From an uncultured archaeon (lineage in GTDB: Archaea; Nanobdellota; Nanobdellia; Pacearchaeales; GW2011-AR1): DNA of 64,000 bases. Numbering within the stretch: position 1 is the first letter of the stretch; each line of letters starts with the position of its first letter. Of the stretch, positions 18,818 to 27,040 are shown one piece after another. Below the pieces are notes generated by a model. It saw nothing but the letters and a program-made list of their open reading frames with translations. It was not told the DNA's origin and did no database searches. A program made the position numbers and the translations under genes. The DNA lies in the NCBI GenBank assembly GCA_902385655.1, contig CABMGO010000005.1:99584-163583 (forward strand). Reading direction: 5' to 3'.

Positions 18818-20341
18818 CTAAGCTATTCCGAACCTGCTCAAAACCTCTTTAGGATCTCTGTAATAGTCATTAATTAACCTCTGAAGAGAATCAAAATCGA
18901 CCTCTTTTCCACGCTTATATATTTCATAGATTAATTTAACCCTTAAGTCAAAATCCTCTTGTAATTTCTGAACAGCTATTCCGTTTTTCTGTTCAATTTT
19001 CTTAAAAACATGATTTTCTCTTTTATAAAAGAACTTATCTCTTGCAGGATCCCAAATAAAGGGAGTATTTGTCTGAAATGTTCCATCAGGATTTACATTG
19101 ATTACCTCGACAATTTCTCTCAACTTTCTTGTCTCCTTCCCATTTACAACAGCATGAGCCATAATTGCTACCGCGTCTAGCTCATTTACAAGTGTTGGTG
19201 ACAATTCAATAGGGGGAGTTTCAAGTCTTCGAATAACTGTCTCAACAGAATCTGCGTGTATAGTGCTAATAGAAGCGTGACCTGAAGCCATACCCTGAAA
19301 CAAAACGCTAGCTTCCTGACCTCTAACTTCCCCGACAATTACATAATCCGGCAACTGTCTGAAAGAAGCCCGAAGTAAACTGAACATATCAACCTCGCCA
19401 ACACCTCCAGCAGTAATTCCAGTTCTAACTACAGAAGGCAACCAATTTTCCCGAGATAAATTCAATTCACGAGTATCTTCAATCGAAACAACTCTTGCTT
19501 CTGGAGGAATAAAAAATGCAATCGCATTTAACAAAGTAGTTTTACCCGAACCAGTTCCACCTGCAATTAAAACATTTAATTTGTATTGCATCATCATCCA
19601 AAGATAAGCTAACATCTCTGGAGAAAGAGTTCCAAAACCAACAAGTTGAATCGGAGTCCAAGGTGTCTTAGTAAATTTTCTAATTGTAAAAGTAGGTCCT
19701 CTAGAGGTAATGTCTTTTGAATAAGTTGCATTTACTCTTGAACCATCAGGTAAAGTACCATCTAAAACTGGAGAAGCATAAGAAATATATCTTCCACATT
19801 TTTGAGCCAATTTCTCAACAAAACTCGCAAGTTTTTCCATATCATTAAACTGCAATTTTGTTTTAATATTCCTAAAAATTCTATGAACAATAAAGACTGG
19901 TTGACCAATTCCATTACATTGAATATCTTCTATAAAATAATCATGCATCAATCCTTCAATCTCATTCAAACCAAAAAAGTTACGATAAAGAAAATAAAAT
20001 ATTTTATCATAAGACTCTTCTGAAACTTCTAATGCAGACTCCGAAATAACTAATCTAAGTAGCTTGTCTAAATAAGTTTCAGAATCTTGGCCGTCCTGAC
20101 TCATTACGGTGCTTACATTAATCATTTCTCGAAGAGAAGATTCGAGTTTGTCTAACAGCTCTAGTTCAGATTGATCCAATATTGGCTCCTCTAAATCATA
20201 AACAACTTCTCCCTGTTTTTGATCCCAATAAATATGAGCATTTGCATAAGGAGCAATTAAAGGATAACGAATATCAATCAAAGTTCTATCAGGACTAAAT
20301 TGAATCGTAGGAACTCGCACATTATAGTTTAATCTAGACAT
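18818..20341 (-). CDS. Archaeal type IV pilus/archaellum-type assembly ATPase (FlaI/TadA/CpaF family)
   Basis: Walker A AGGTGSGKTT, VSIEDTRELNL, conserved His-box region. Confidence 0.85.
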   Translation of the reverse strand: MSRLNYNVRVPTIQFSPDRTLIDIRYPLIAPYANAHIYWDQKQGEVVYDLEEPILDQSELELLDKLESSLREMINVSTVMSQDGQDSETYLDKLLRLVISESALEVSEESYDKIFYFLYRNFFGLNEIEGLMHDYFIEDIQCNGIGQPVFIVHRIFRNIKTKLQFNDMEKLASFVEKLAQKCGRYISYASPVLDGTLPDGSRVNATYSKDITSRGPTFTIRKFTKTPWTPIQLVGFGTLSPEMLAYLWMMMQYKLNVLIAGGTGSGKTTLLNAIAFFIPPEARVVSIEDTRELNLSRENWLPSVVRTGITAGGVGEVDMFSLLRASFRQLPDYVIVGEVRGQEASVLFQGMASGHASISTIHADSVETVIRRLETPPIELSPTLVNELDAVAIMAHAVVNGKETRKLREIVEVINVNPDGTFQTNTPFIWDPARDKFFYKRENHVFKKIEQKNGIAVQKLQEDFDLRVKLIYEIYKRGKEVDFDSLQRLINDYYRDPKEVLSRFGIA

Positions 20342-20424
20342 CTTTTTTCACCTAATTACGAGAAAGAAAACTAGTTTAAATATTTAATCAAAGCGACTCG
20401 ACAGCAAAACTTTCTCATCTAAAA

Positions 20425-20590
20425 ATAGATAACTTTAGAAGATAAAAATAGTTAAAGAAAACTTTGCGATTCCAAAAAGATGGCTAACACAAAATAATTC
20501 ACGGGTGGGTCTTGCCGAAGGCAAATGAGTGGGAAATTTAGAATCGCAAAGTTTTCGACCAAAACCAGACCACTCGCATTCACTCAAAAA
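20425..20590. repeat. Conserved structured element family S, copy 1 (candidate ncRNA or cis-regulatory RNA)
   Basis: Shares GATAACTTTAGAA...GGGYGGG-[hairpin]-AGTGGGARATTAGA-[stem]-AGTTTTCGACCAAAAC with 36085-36258 and 49938-50025; hairpins covary. Confidence 0.5.
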
Positions 20591-20591
20591 A

Positions 20592-21131
20592 TTACTTAAA
20601 ACTCAGATCAACATTGAGTAAACCGCCAACATTCTTGCTAGTAACTGTTACTGTATAGGGAGTAGGAGCAGATTCAAAGGCGTAGTTACTTTTAGCACCA
20701 TCCAAAGTCAGATTAAATCCATAATTTGAAGAAACAGACACATTATAAGGCCCATTTCCTCTCGTCAAAATGTAAATACTCCCAAGTTTTACAGGACGGT
20801 CAATCTCGCTATATTTGTACACAGAATTAAGAGCCCACGATATAGAATTATTAGTACTATCCACATTTATCTCCCCTTGATTAATTTTAACAGAAAGTAC
20901 TCTTCTATTCCCCGGAGCTAACTGAACCTCAGCTATTTGGTCATTTATCTTGTTCATAGAATCAATGGTTTGTTCAATCAACATTCTATCTCGAACACTA
21001 TCTATTTTAGGCTTTGCAAAAGCAAGAACTAAACCAATTAGAGCAAGAGCAATCAAAGTGTAAATTACAGTTTCAATCCAAATTTGCGCCCTTCGTGAAT
21101 TTCCTAAACTAACTCTCTTTTTCTCGAACAT
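20592..21131 (-). CDS. Pilin-like protein (N-terminal TM, RRAQIWIETVIYTLIAL)
   Basis: Type IV pilin-like N-terminus with Glu at +5-like position. Confidence 0.5.
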   Translation of the reverse strand: MFEKKRVSLGNSRRAQIWIETVIYTLIALALIGLVLAFAKPKIDSVRDRMLIEQTIDSMNKINDQIAEVQLAPGNRRVLSVKINQGEINVDSTNNSISWALNSVYKYSEIDRPVKLGSIYILTRGNGPYNVSVSSNYGFNLTLDGAKSNYAFESAPTPYTVTVTSKNVGGLLNVDLSFK

Positions 21132-21264
21132 AGAATCAAATATATTCCAATCTTTTAAAACCTATCTAAAGGAGAGGCCGTGTAGAGGAAAATTTTTCAC
21201 TCTTCTTTGAAAAGTAAATGGTTCCTATTTATGACTAAAATAGACTCGAAGAATAAAAAATTTT

Positions 21265-21310
21265 AAATCCCGAATTTTAGAAGTCTTTACGCAGTTGAGG
21301 GAAAGACCAC
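21265..21310. repeat. Family A repeat unit, copy D, ~135-180 bp upstream of pilin gene 20592-21131
   Basis: CCCGAATTTTAGAAGTCTTTACGCAGTTGAGGGAAAGAC matches copy C. Confidence 0.5.
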
Positions 21311-21368
21311 CCATTTCAAAGTGTCCTTCCATGCGGAAGGAAAATAAAAAAATAAAATTAAATTATAT

Positions 21369-21848
21369 TTAGCACTTTACTAGTGCAACCTTTGGCCCAA
21401 CTGTACAAGTTGTATTTGTCTTTCCAGTTGTTACTATAGAAGCTACAGCAACACTTACTGCTTTAGTATCTGCATATTTTAGATCATTAAGTAATGTTGT
21501 TTGCTCAGTATTAGCAGCCATATTTCTAACATCTAAAATAGTCGAAGCAGACCCTCCATCAGAAGTATAAACAATAACTTGAGCGTAACTTACATTTGCC
21601 TCAGAAGAAGCCTTAGCTACCTTAACAGAAACGCTACCAGTAGCATTTTGATAAGAACAAGTGTATTGATCATCAACAACAGATAAAGCACTACTTGCTT
21701 TGAAACAAACCGCCCCAGAAGTAGTATTGTCCCTTATCATTGGAATAACTACAGTCCAAAGTACAGCAATAGCCGCAACAGTTATCATAATAATTAAAAC
21801 AACTGAAACAACTTCACTGACTCCTTTCTTTTTTTGCATTATTTTCAT
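21369..21848 (-). CDS. Class III signal-peptide pilin
   Basis: MKIMQKKKG|VSEVVSVVLIIMITVAAIAV; strong SD AGGAGG 7 nt upstream of this ATG (ORF-track start is an upstream TTG). Confidence 0.6.
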   Translation of the reverse strand: MKIMQKKKGVSEVVSVVLIIMITVAAIAVLWTVVIPMIRDNTTSGAVCFKASSALSVVDDQYTCSYQNATGSVSVKVAKASSEANVSYAQVIVYTSDGGSASTILDVRNMAANTEQTTLLNDLKYADTKAVSVAVASIVTTGKTNTTCTVGPKVALVKC

Positions 21849-21872
21849 TTCATAACCTCCTTTCAAACTTAG

Positions 21873-22319
21873 TTAAAGATTTACTACCCTGCCATTTTCA
21901 AGACAAGTATAAGCTTTATTATTTCCTGAAACCGTTCCTAAAATAATCGGATAGATTACCAAAGTTTTAGTTCCAGATTGAATAGGTATATCTTGAGTAG
22001 CTGAACTGCCAACATCTACAGGAATGTTAAAAGCATTTTGAGTTGAACTAGCTCCACTTGAAGATTTAATTTCAAAACCATAAATAGGAATACTTCCTCG
22101 GTTAACAACTTGCAAATTAAGAACTCCAGACGGTGAAGGGCTTGCGGAGATATCTAAACTTACCGATTTACAAACATTATTTGCAGATACGCCATTTTTT
22201 TGAACAGATTCAGAAATAAAAGCTCGAGACCACATAAAGATTATAATCGCAAGAACAATAACAAGTCCAATTAAAAGAACTGTTGCAATAATCGGTGAAA
22301 CCCCTTTGTTATTAGTCAT
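21873..22319 (-). CDS. Class III signal-peptide pilin
   Basis: MTNNKG|VSPIIATVLLIGLVIVLAIIIF. Confidence 0.65.
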   Translation of the reverse strand: MTNNKGVSPIIATVLLIGLVIVLAIIIFMWSRAFISESVQKNGVSANNVCKSVSLDISASPSPSGVLNLQVVNRGSIPIYGFEIKSSSGASSTQNAFNIPVDVGSSATQDIPIQSGTKTLVIYPIILGTVSGNNKAYTCLENGRVVNL

Positions 22320-22329
22320 AAAAATCCTA

Positions 22330-22480
22330 AATGAAACATGTTTATAAACATTTCGCGAAACTATCGACGTAGTTGATATAATTGTATAATTTATAAAAAT
22401 TAAACGGAGTTTGATTTAGTTATGGCTCTGCAAGAGTCATCCCGAATTTTGGTTTGTCTTTATGCAGTTGAGGGGTAAAG
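22330..22480 (-). promoter_or_regulatory. Conserved pilus-regulon upstream module, copy C (TATA/BRE-like element ~25 nt from the ATG plus a family-A unit)
   Basis: Alignment with 14985-15185. Confidence 0.55.
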
Positions 22481-22488
22481 ATTGTCTT

Positions 22489-22983
22489 CTAGCAAGATAA
22501 AGACTGTTTAGAAATGTAATTACTACAATATACATTTTTTCCATTTTTTTTCAAAAATGGTTGAACATCAACAAAAGTTAGATAACCAGAAATATTTTTG
22601 TGAGGAATTTCATCTGTCTGATTAACTAAAGAATAATAATCTGAATAAACTTCACCAGCAGCCAAAGGTTTTCCAGTCCTATTTAAGGTATAAAGCCCGA
22701 GCTTTGCCAAAGTCAAGTTGTTTACACGAATTATGTATCCATCAACATCAAAAAGCCCTTTATTCTCAATAGTCAAATTGAGAGATTTTGTAGCACAAGA
22801 ATAATTATAGTCCCTAATAACTAATCCCACATTTTCTTCACACTCAGCAAGACCATTTTCAGAAGGAACGTAATCCTTCAACCAAACATAAACCATACCT
22901 GCCAAAGAAAGCGAAATAGAAATAAGCAAAACATAGGCAACAATTTCGCTAACTGCTCGTTTACCGGCGACTTGAACTACCAT
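22489..22983 (-). CDS. Class III signal-peptide pilin
   Basis: MVVQVAGKRA|VSEIVAYVLLISISL; TGATG overlap with the upstream gene. Confidence 0.6.
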   Translation of the reverse strand: MVVQVAGKRAVSEIVAYVLLISISLSLAGMVYVWLKDYVPSENGLAECEENVGLVIRDYNYSCATKSLNLTIENKGLFDVDGYIIRVNNLTLAKLGLYTLNRTGKPLAAGEVYSDYYSLVNQTDEIPHKNISGYLTFVDVQPFLKKNGKNVYCSNYISKQSLSC

Positions 22984-23624
22984 CAACCACCTTCCTGAGC
23001 AGACAACAAATTTCCTGCAGTAGTATTAGCTCTAAAAACAAAGTAATACTGATTGCTGGATGCCTGTGCTTTAGTCAAATCAATACTGTAATTTATTCCT
23101 CCAGACTCAACAGTTAAATTCTGATATGAGTTGATGTTTACCTTACTACTTTTTGGAGAATGATGAACACTACTCGTAGATGCGCCACCACTAATTCCAG
23201 TTTCAACAGTCGTTGTTCCTGGCCCGATGCTAACTGGCAACTGAGAAGGCAAATAAAGAATAATATCATAATTACCATAATTGTCACAAGTTAATTCATT
23301 CGAAGAAGTAGTATAACACGTAAAAATATCCAATTCTGGATAAGAATTCAAAACCGCAGCAACACTATCATTTACAAAATTAGCTACTTGAGAATTTCCG
23401 CTATAAAGACTGTAGTCTACCACTGCACCAGTCTCCTGATTTAATTGAGAACTATAGCTATAAAATTTTTTAGAAGATTCAGGAACATTAACAACATTGT
23501 AAACAACGCCCAAACCGATAATAATCACAGCAAGAATAACTGCCGCCAAAATAAAAAACTGACCTTTCCTATTTAGAATTTGAAATTTGAAATGATCCCT
23601 CTGGGAACCCCTTTTACTTTTCAT
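22983..23624 (-). CDS. Pilin-like protein (start reassigned to the first ATG)
   Basis: NRKGQ|FFILAAVILAVIIIG; conserved promoter CGAAACATTAATAAATG ~25 nt upstream. Confidence 0.5.
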   Translation of the reverse strand: MKSKRGSQRDHFKFQILNRKGQFFILAAVILAVIIIGLGVVYNVVNVPESSKKFYSYSSQLNQETGAVVDYSLYSGNSQVANFVNDSVAAVLNSYPELDIFTCYTTSSNELTCDNYGNYDIILYLPSQLPVSIGPGTTTVETGISGGASTSSVHHSPKSSKVNINSYQNLTVESGGINYSIDLTKAQASSNQYYFVFRANTTAGNLLSAQEGG

Positions 23625-23643
23625 AGATAACAAACATAATAAG

Positions 23644-23664
23644 CATTTATTAATGTTTCGCGAG
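23644..23664 (-). promoter_or_regulatory. Pilus-type promoter motif CTCGCGAAACATTAATAAATG (BRE/TATA) ~25 nt upstream of the pilin ATG; near-identical motifs at 18684-18704 and 15676-15700
   Basis: Three-way conservation at equivalent distance from start codons. Confidence 0.5.
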
Positions 23665-23756
23665 GGATAATAGAATAGTATTTATATTTCCGAAACGAAT
23701 GAATCAACTTGCCCGATACTTTTGAAAAATAAAAAACCTTCTCAGAAAAAAATAAG

Positions 23757-24014
23757 TGCAAACCCCGGGGTTCGCGCAACATCACAAAAAAGAGGTCACA
23801 AATCGTCCTCAGTCTTGCTACCCTTTAAGCATCTAAACTATAACTTAGGGTTGCTCCGATCAAGGCCTCACCCGATTCACCATAGAGAGATCGAAAAGGA
23901 CAAAACCTCAACGTCAGATAAATGACATTTTGTGGTCAGTCTTACTCTCCCCATCGGCCCGCCATGAAGTCCGTTTGCGGAATGCACGGGACTAGCGTGC
24001 TGCCAGGTTTGCAA
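23757..24014. ncRNA. GC-rich (~50% vs ~30% background) candidate structured RNA of ~260 nt closed by a terminal helix TGCAAACC/GGTTTGCA; identity undetermined (SRP RNA or RNase P RNA are candidates)
   Basis: Compositional island in an intergenic gap; internal hairpins (ACCCUUUAAG...CUUAGGGU; GUCC...GGAC); TATA-like and T-rich flanks on either strand. Confidence 0.4.
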
Positions 24015-24087
24015 ATATAAGAGTTTTCGAAGAGTTTTAAGTGTTTCGGTTAGGTAAATATTTAAACAAACTTCCCTAACAAAACCC

Positions 24088-25023
24088 ATGAATAAAATAA
24101 TAAATTTTATACTCACAATAATCTTACTAGGTGCACTCGCTTACGTCGGATATACAATATATCAGTATCTTCCAGCAGAAAAACAAATTCTTAACATTCA
24201 AACAGAAGCTAAACTTCCAGAAGTAAATGCGTCTTCAACAGTTACTCAATTTGTTCCAAACATGAGATTTGCAAAAAGCGACTTGAGTTATTTTTTCTAT
24301 CCTGGCTGCAGTCAAGACAAAGAAACAAGAATGAAGGAAGCATTTAGCACTATTTCATCACAGACAGGAATAATAACTTTCACAGAAAAAACAACTTTAC
24401 AAGAAGCAGACATAAAAATATTCTGCTCAGAAGTTCAAAAGGAAGTAAAACCAAATCAGTTCATTGCAGGAGAGGGCGGGCCAGATGAATTCCTTAACCT
24501 AAGTTTATATCCATTAATAGTTTCTGGAGAAATTTATCTTTACGATACTCTCTACAGGGACAAGTGCGACTATCCCCTCGTAGAATTACATGAACTCTTA
24601 CATGTATTTGGATTTGACCACGTAAATAAAAAAAGTTCAGTTCTTTATCCTTACTATTCATGTGGACAACAACTAGATTCTTCAATTGTAAACGAGTTAA
24701 TAAGAATTTATTCAATAACGCCAAAAGCAGAATTACATTTTGTAAACGCTAGCGCATCCAAACATGGCATTTATCTAGATTTCAAAACGCCAGTAGAAAA
24801 TCGAGGTTTAATAGAAGCAGAAAATGTAACAATTGTTTTATACTCGCAAGGAAAAGAAATAGCTAATTTTGACATGGGAAATATCTCTCCGGGAACGACA
24901 AAGAGCATAACTATTCAAAACCAAATTCTTCCTTCAAGATCAACTTCCGAGATAGAGTTCAGTACAATTTCAAATACTCAAGAATATTTTTCAGAAGACA
25001 ACCAAATTAGCGCAAAATTGTAA
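24088..25023 (+). CDS. Membrane-anchored metzincin-type zinc metallopeptidase
   Basis: HELLHVFGFDH (HExxHxxGxxH) motif; N-terminal TM anchor. Confidence 0.55.
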   Translation: MNKIINFILTIILLGALAYVGYTIYQYLPAEKQILNIQTEAKLPEVNASSTVTQFVPNMRFAKSDLSYFFYPGCSQDKETRMKEAFSTISSQTGIITFTEKTTLQEADIKIFCSEVQKEVKPNQFIAGEGGPDEFLNLSLYPLIVSGEIYLYDTLYRDKCDYPLVELHELLHVFGFDHVNKKSSVLYPYYSCGQQLDSSIVNELIRIYSITPKAELHFVNASASKHGIYLDFKTPVENRGLIEAENVTIVLYSQGKEIANFDMGNISPGTTKSITIQNQILPSRSTSEIEFSTISNTQEYFSEDNQISAKL

Positions 25024-25066
25024 AATAACAATCTTTTTAATACATCAAATCAACCTAATTTCATAA

Positions 25067-25149
25067 GCCGACATCGCATAGTGGTATTGCATCAGGTTGC
25101 TAACCTGAGCCCTTTACTGGGCCCCAGGGTTCGATTCCCTGTGTCGGCG
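25067..25149 (+). tRNA. tRNA-Ser (anticodon GCU), long variable arm, no encoded CCA
   Basis: Manual fold: acceptor GCCGACA/TGTCGGC, anticodon stem TCAGG/CCTGA with loop TTGCTAA, variable hairpin GCCC..GGGC, T-arm CAGGG-TTCGATT-CCCTG. Confidence 0.85.
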
Positions 25150-25560
25150 TTGAATAGATTGAGCAAAGTGAAATCTATTGAAATCTGATTCTGGAATCGA
25201 ACCTAGGTTCGTATTCCCTGAAAAAATTTCGCTCTTGAGAAATATTTGCGTTAGCAACTAAAGTTGAGAAAAGTACAAGAGCAAAATTTTTTGTGTCGGC
25301 GTTTATGCTATCGAAGAATGAGATAGCAATTATTCTACATGGAATTGAACCCTGGGTTCGACGAATAAAACGCTCCGAGAAAATATTTCTGTCAACTAAA
25401 TTTATTTTCGAGGTACATTTTGTGAGCCTCCCTGTGTCGGCGTTTTTTCTGGCTTCACAAACGTTTCTAAAAATGAAGAGCAGAAAAAACGAAGTCGAGA
25501 TGTGTTTTTTGAAAAAGGTTGCTAACCTGAGCCCTTTACTGGGAATGAAGCGCCTTGATT
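25150..25560 (+). repeat. Tandem degenerate ~145-155-bp repeats; two units end in a 12-15-nt copy of the tRNA-Ser 3' end, and one carries a 28-nt exact copy of the anticodon-stem/variable-arm segment
   Basis: CCCTGTGTCGGCGTT at 25137 and 25434; TGTGTCGGCGTT at 25294; AGGTTGCTAACCTGAGCCCTTTACTGGG at 25095 and 25517; unit-internal hairpin GGAATYGAACC..GGTTCG. Confidence 0.6.
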
Positions 25561-25616
25561 TCGATTACAAAAAACTTTCTGAAAAAGCTTATAAATAACA
25601 AAAACAAATAGTTACT

Positions 25617-26171
25617 ATGGAAGAAAAAGAGGATCTAAAAGAAGAGGATATTGAAAAATTAAAGCAAGCAAATATTAGTCTAATAATTGATACTTACGAT
25701 GATATTTTCTCAGACTTCGATCCAAGAGACTTTAACCAGCGAGCTCTTTCCGACGACTTTTTGATAGAATGTAAAAAAGCAGCAAGAGATAAACTAAGCG
25801 GAATAGAGTTAAGAATAATGGTTCCAAAATCAATAAGAAATTTTAAAGATGAGTCCAAAATAAAAAAAAGACTTTTAGATCATTTCAAACATCATTATTC
25901 TTTGGAAGAAAAACAAATAAGAAAAATAGTTTGGGAAGGAATTTCTTGGTTCGGACTTGGAACAATATTTATTTTAAGTGACTCATGGCTAAAAACATTA
26001 AGCATTAACAATTTTGGTTTAACAATTTTGTCAACAATATTAGAACCAGCAGGATGGTTTTCATTCTGGGAAGGATTAGGAAAAGTTTTCATAACAGCAA
26101 AGGAAAAATCAGAAAATTATGAATTCTACAAAAAGATGTCTGATGTAGAAATAAACTTTTTAGAATATTAA
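25617..26171 (+). CDS. Hypothetical protein with C-terminal TM segments
   Basis: ORF; hydrophobic segments. Confidence 0.4.
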   Translation: MEEKEDLKEEDIEKLKQANISLIIDTYDDIFSDFDPRDFNQRALSDDFLIECKKAARDKLSGIELRIMVPKSIRNFKDESKIKKRLLDHFKHHYSLEEKQIRKIVWEGISWFGLGTIFILSDSWLKTLSINNFGLTILSTILEPAGWFSFWEGLGKVFITAKEKSENYEFYKKMSDVEINFLEY

Positions 26172-27040
26172 ACTTTTGAAAGTTTCTTTAGTCTATTTTC
26201 TAAAACAGGCAAACTAGAATTAATTTTTTGAAGCCTCTCATGATACGAACTTGTTCTAACGTTATAAGTTAAAGCAGATATCTTATTCTCTTTAAATCGA
26301 TCAGTTTGTGCCTTTTTAATAAGTTCAGAAAGTGTGCTTTTCTCAGAATGTAATTTTCTAACTGTCATCCTCAAAAATCTAATTCTTAATTTAACATAAA
26401 CAAAATAAGTAAAGAAAATTAATATAACAATAAAAATAGTTATCTGTATCCAGTATCGATAAAAAAAGTTTCTCGCCTGTAATGCCAAACTTTTGAAAAT
26501 AGAATTATTTCCATATTCAGAATCATAAGAAGTTCTAAAACTCTCTAAATAGGTTTGAGACTCATTTAGCCTACCATTATAAAAAGAATCTCGCGCCAAT
26601 AAAAAGTAGTTAGAAGTTTCATTAGAAATAGGATCAGATAATTTTTTTTGCTCAAGATTTAACAGATCATACAAATCCAAAGTTTGCGAGCGAATATCTG
26701 AAACTCGGTTTGTCAAAGCAACGACATCTGAATACTGCAAATTCTTCCAATTTATAAACTGAAGTGCACTTCTTGCATCAATTCTTTCTTGCAAACTAGA
26801 ATTAACTTCTCCACGCAAAATTTGAGCATAAAGAACTTGTATGTAAACATTCTTCGCCTCGACAATTGTATCATTGATATCTGAGTAAGGCAAACTAAGA
26901 TTGATAAACTCATTCAAAATTTTTTCACTATTATTTATTGCGATCAATGCATCTTGAGCAGAATATGTCTGATTTGCTTCCGCCGCTAAAACAAAACTTC
27001 CAAAAAATAAAAATAGCGATAATAAAATTAACTTTTTCAC
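26168..27040 (-). CDS. Secreted or anchored coiled-coil protein (signal peptide, C-terminal TM anchor preceded by FFYRYW, short cytoplasmic tail); GTG start, GTGA-coupled to the giant gene
   Basis: N-terminal signal MKKLILLSLFLFFGSFVLAAEA; C-terminal TM; overlap aaGTGAaa. Confidence 0.5.
   Translation of the reverse strand: MKKLILLSLFLFFGSFVLAAEANQTYSAQDALIAINNSEKILNEFINLSLPYSDINDTIVEAKNVYIQVLYAQILRGEVNSSLQERIDARSALQFINWKNLQYSDVVALTNRVSDIRSQTLDLYDLLNLEQKKLSDPISNETSNYFLLARDSFYNGRLNESQTYLESFRTSYDSEYGNNSIFKSLALQARNFFYRYWIQITIFIVILIFFTYFVYVKLRIRFLRMTVRKLHSEKSTLSELIKKAQTDRFKENKISALTYNVRTSSYHERLQKINSSLPVLENRLKKLSKV

Noticed and set aside
23757-24014. Specific assignment of the GC-rich RNA as SRP RNA or RNase P RNA
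   Set aside because: I could not find the helix-8 GNRA/symmetric-loop signature or the P4 GGAAAGUCCGG-type motif by eye. The feature is kept as an unassigned candidate RNA only.
23722-24116. Two short overlapping ORFs (67 and 79 aa) on opposite strands
   Set aside because: Both lie in the GC-rich island, which has the hallmarks of a structured RNA. Overlapping antisense ORFs with no SD or promoter are typical artefacts.
25150-25560. Integrated mobile element or provirus at tRNA-Ser
   Set aside because: No integrase, recombinase or cargo genes are present, and the repeat units are only ~150 bp. Only att-like scars or a tRNA-derived satellite are supportable.
25293-25598. 101-aa ORF spanning the tRNA-fragment repeat array
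   Set aside because: It runs through the degenerate tandem repeats and tRNA-Ser fragment copies and has no start context. It is more parsimoniously non-coding.
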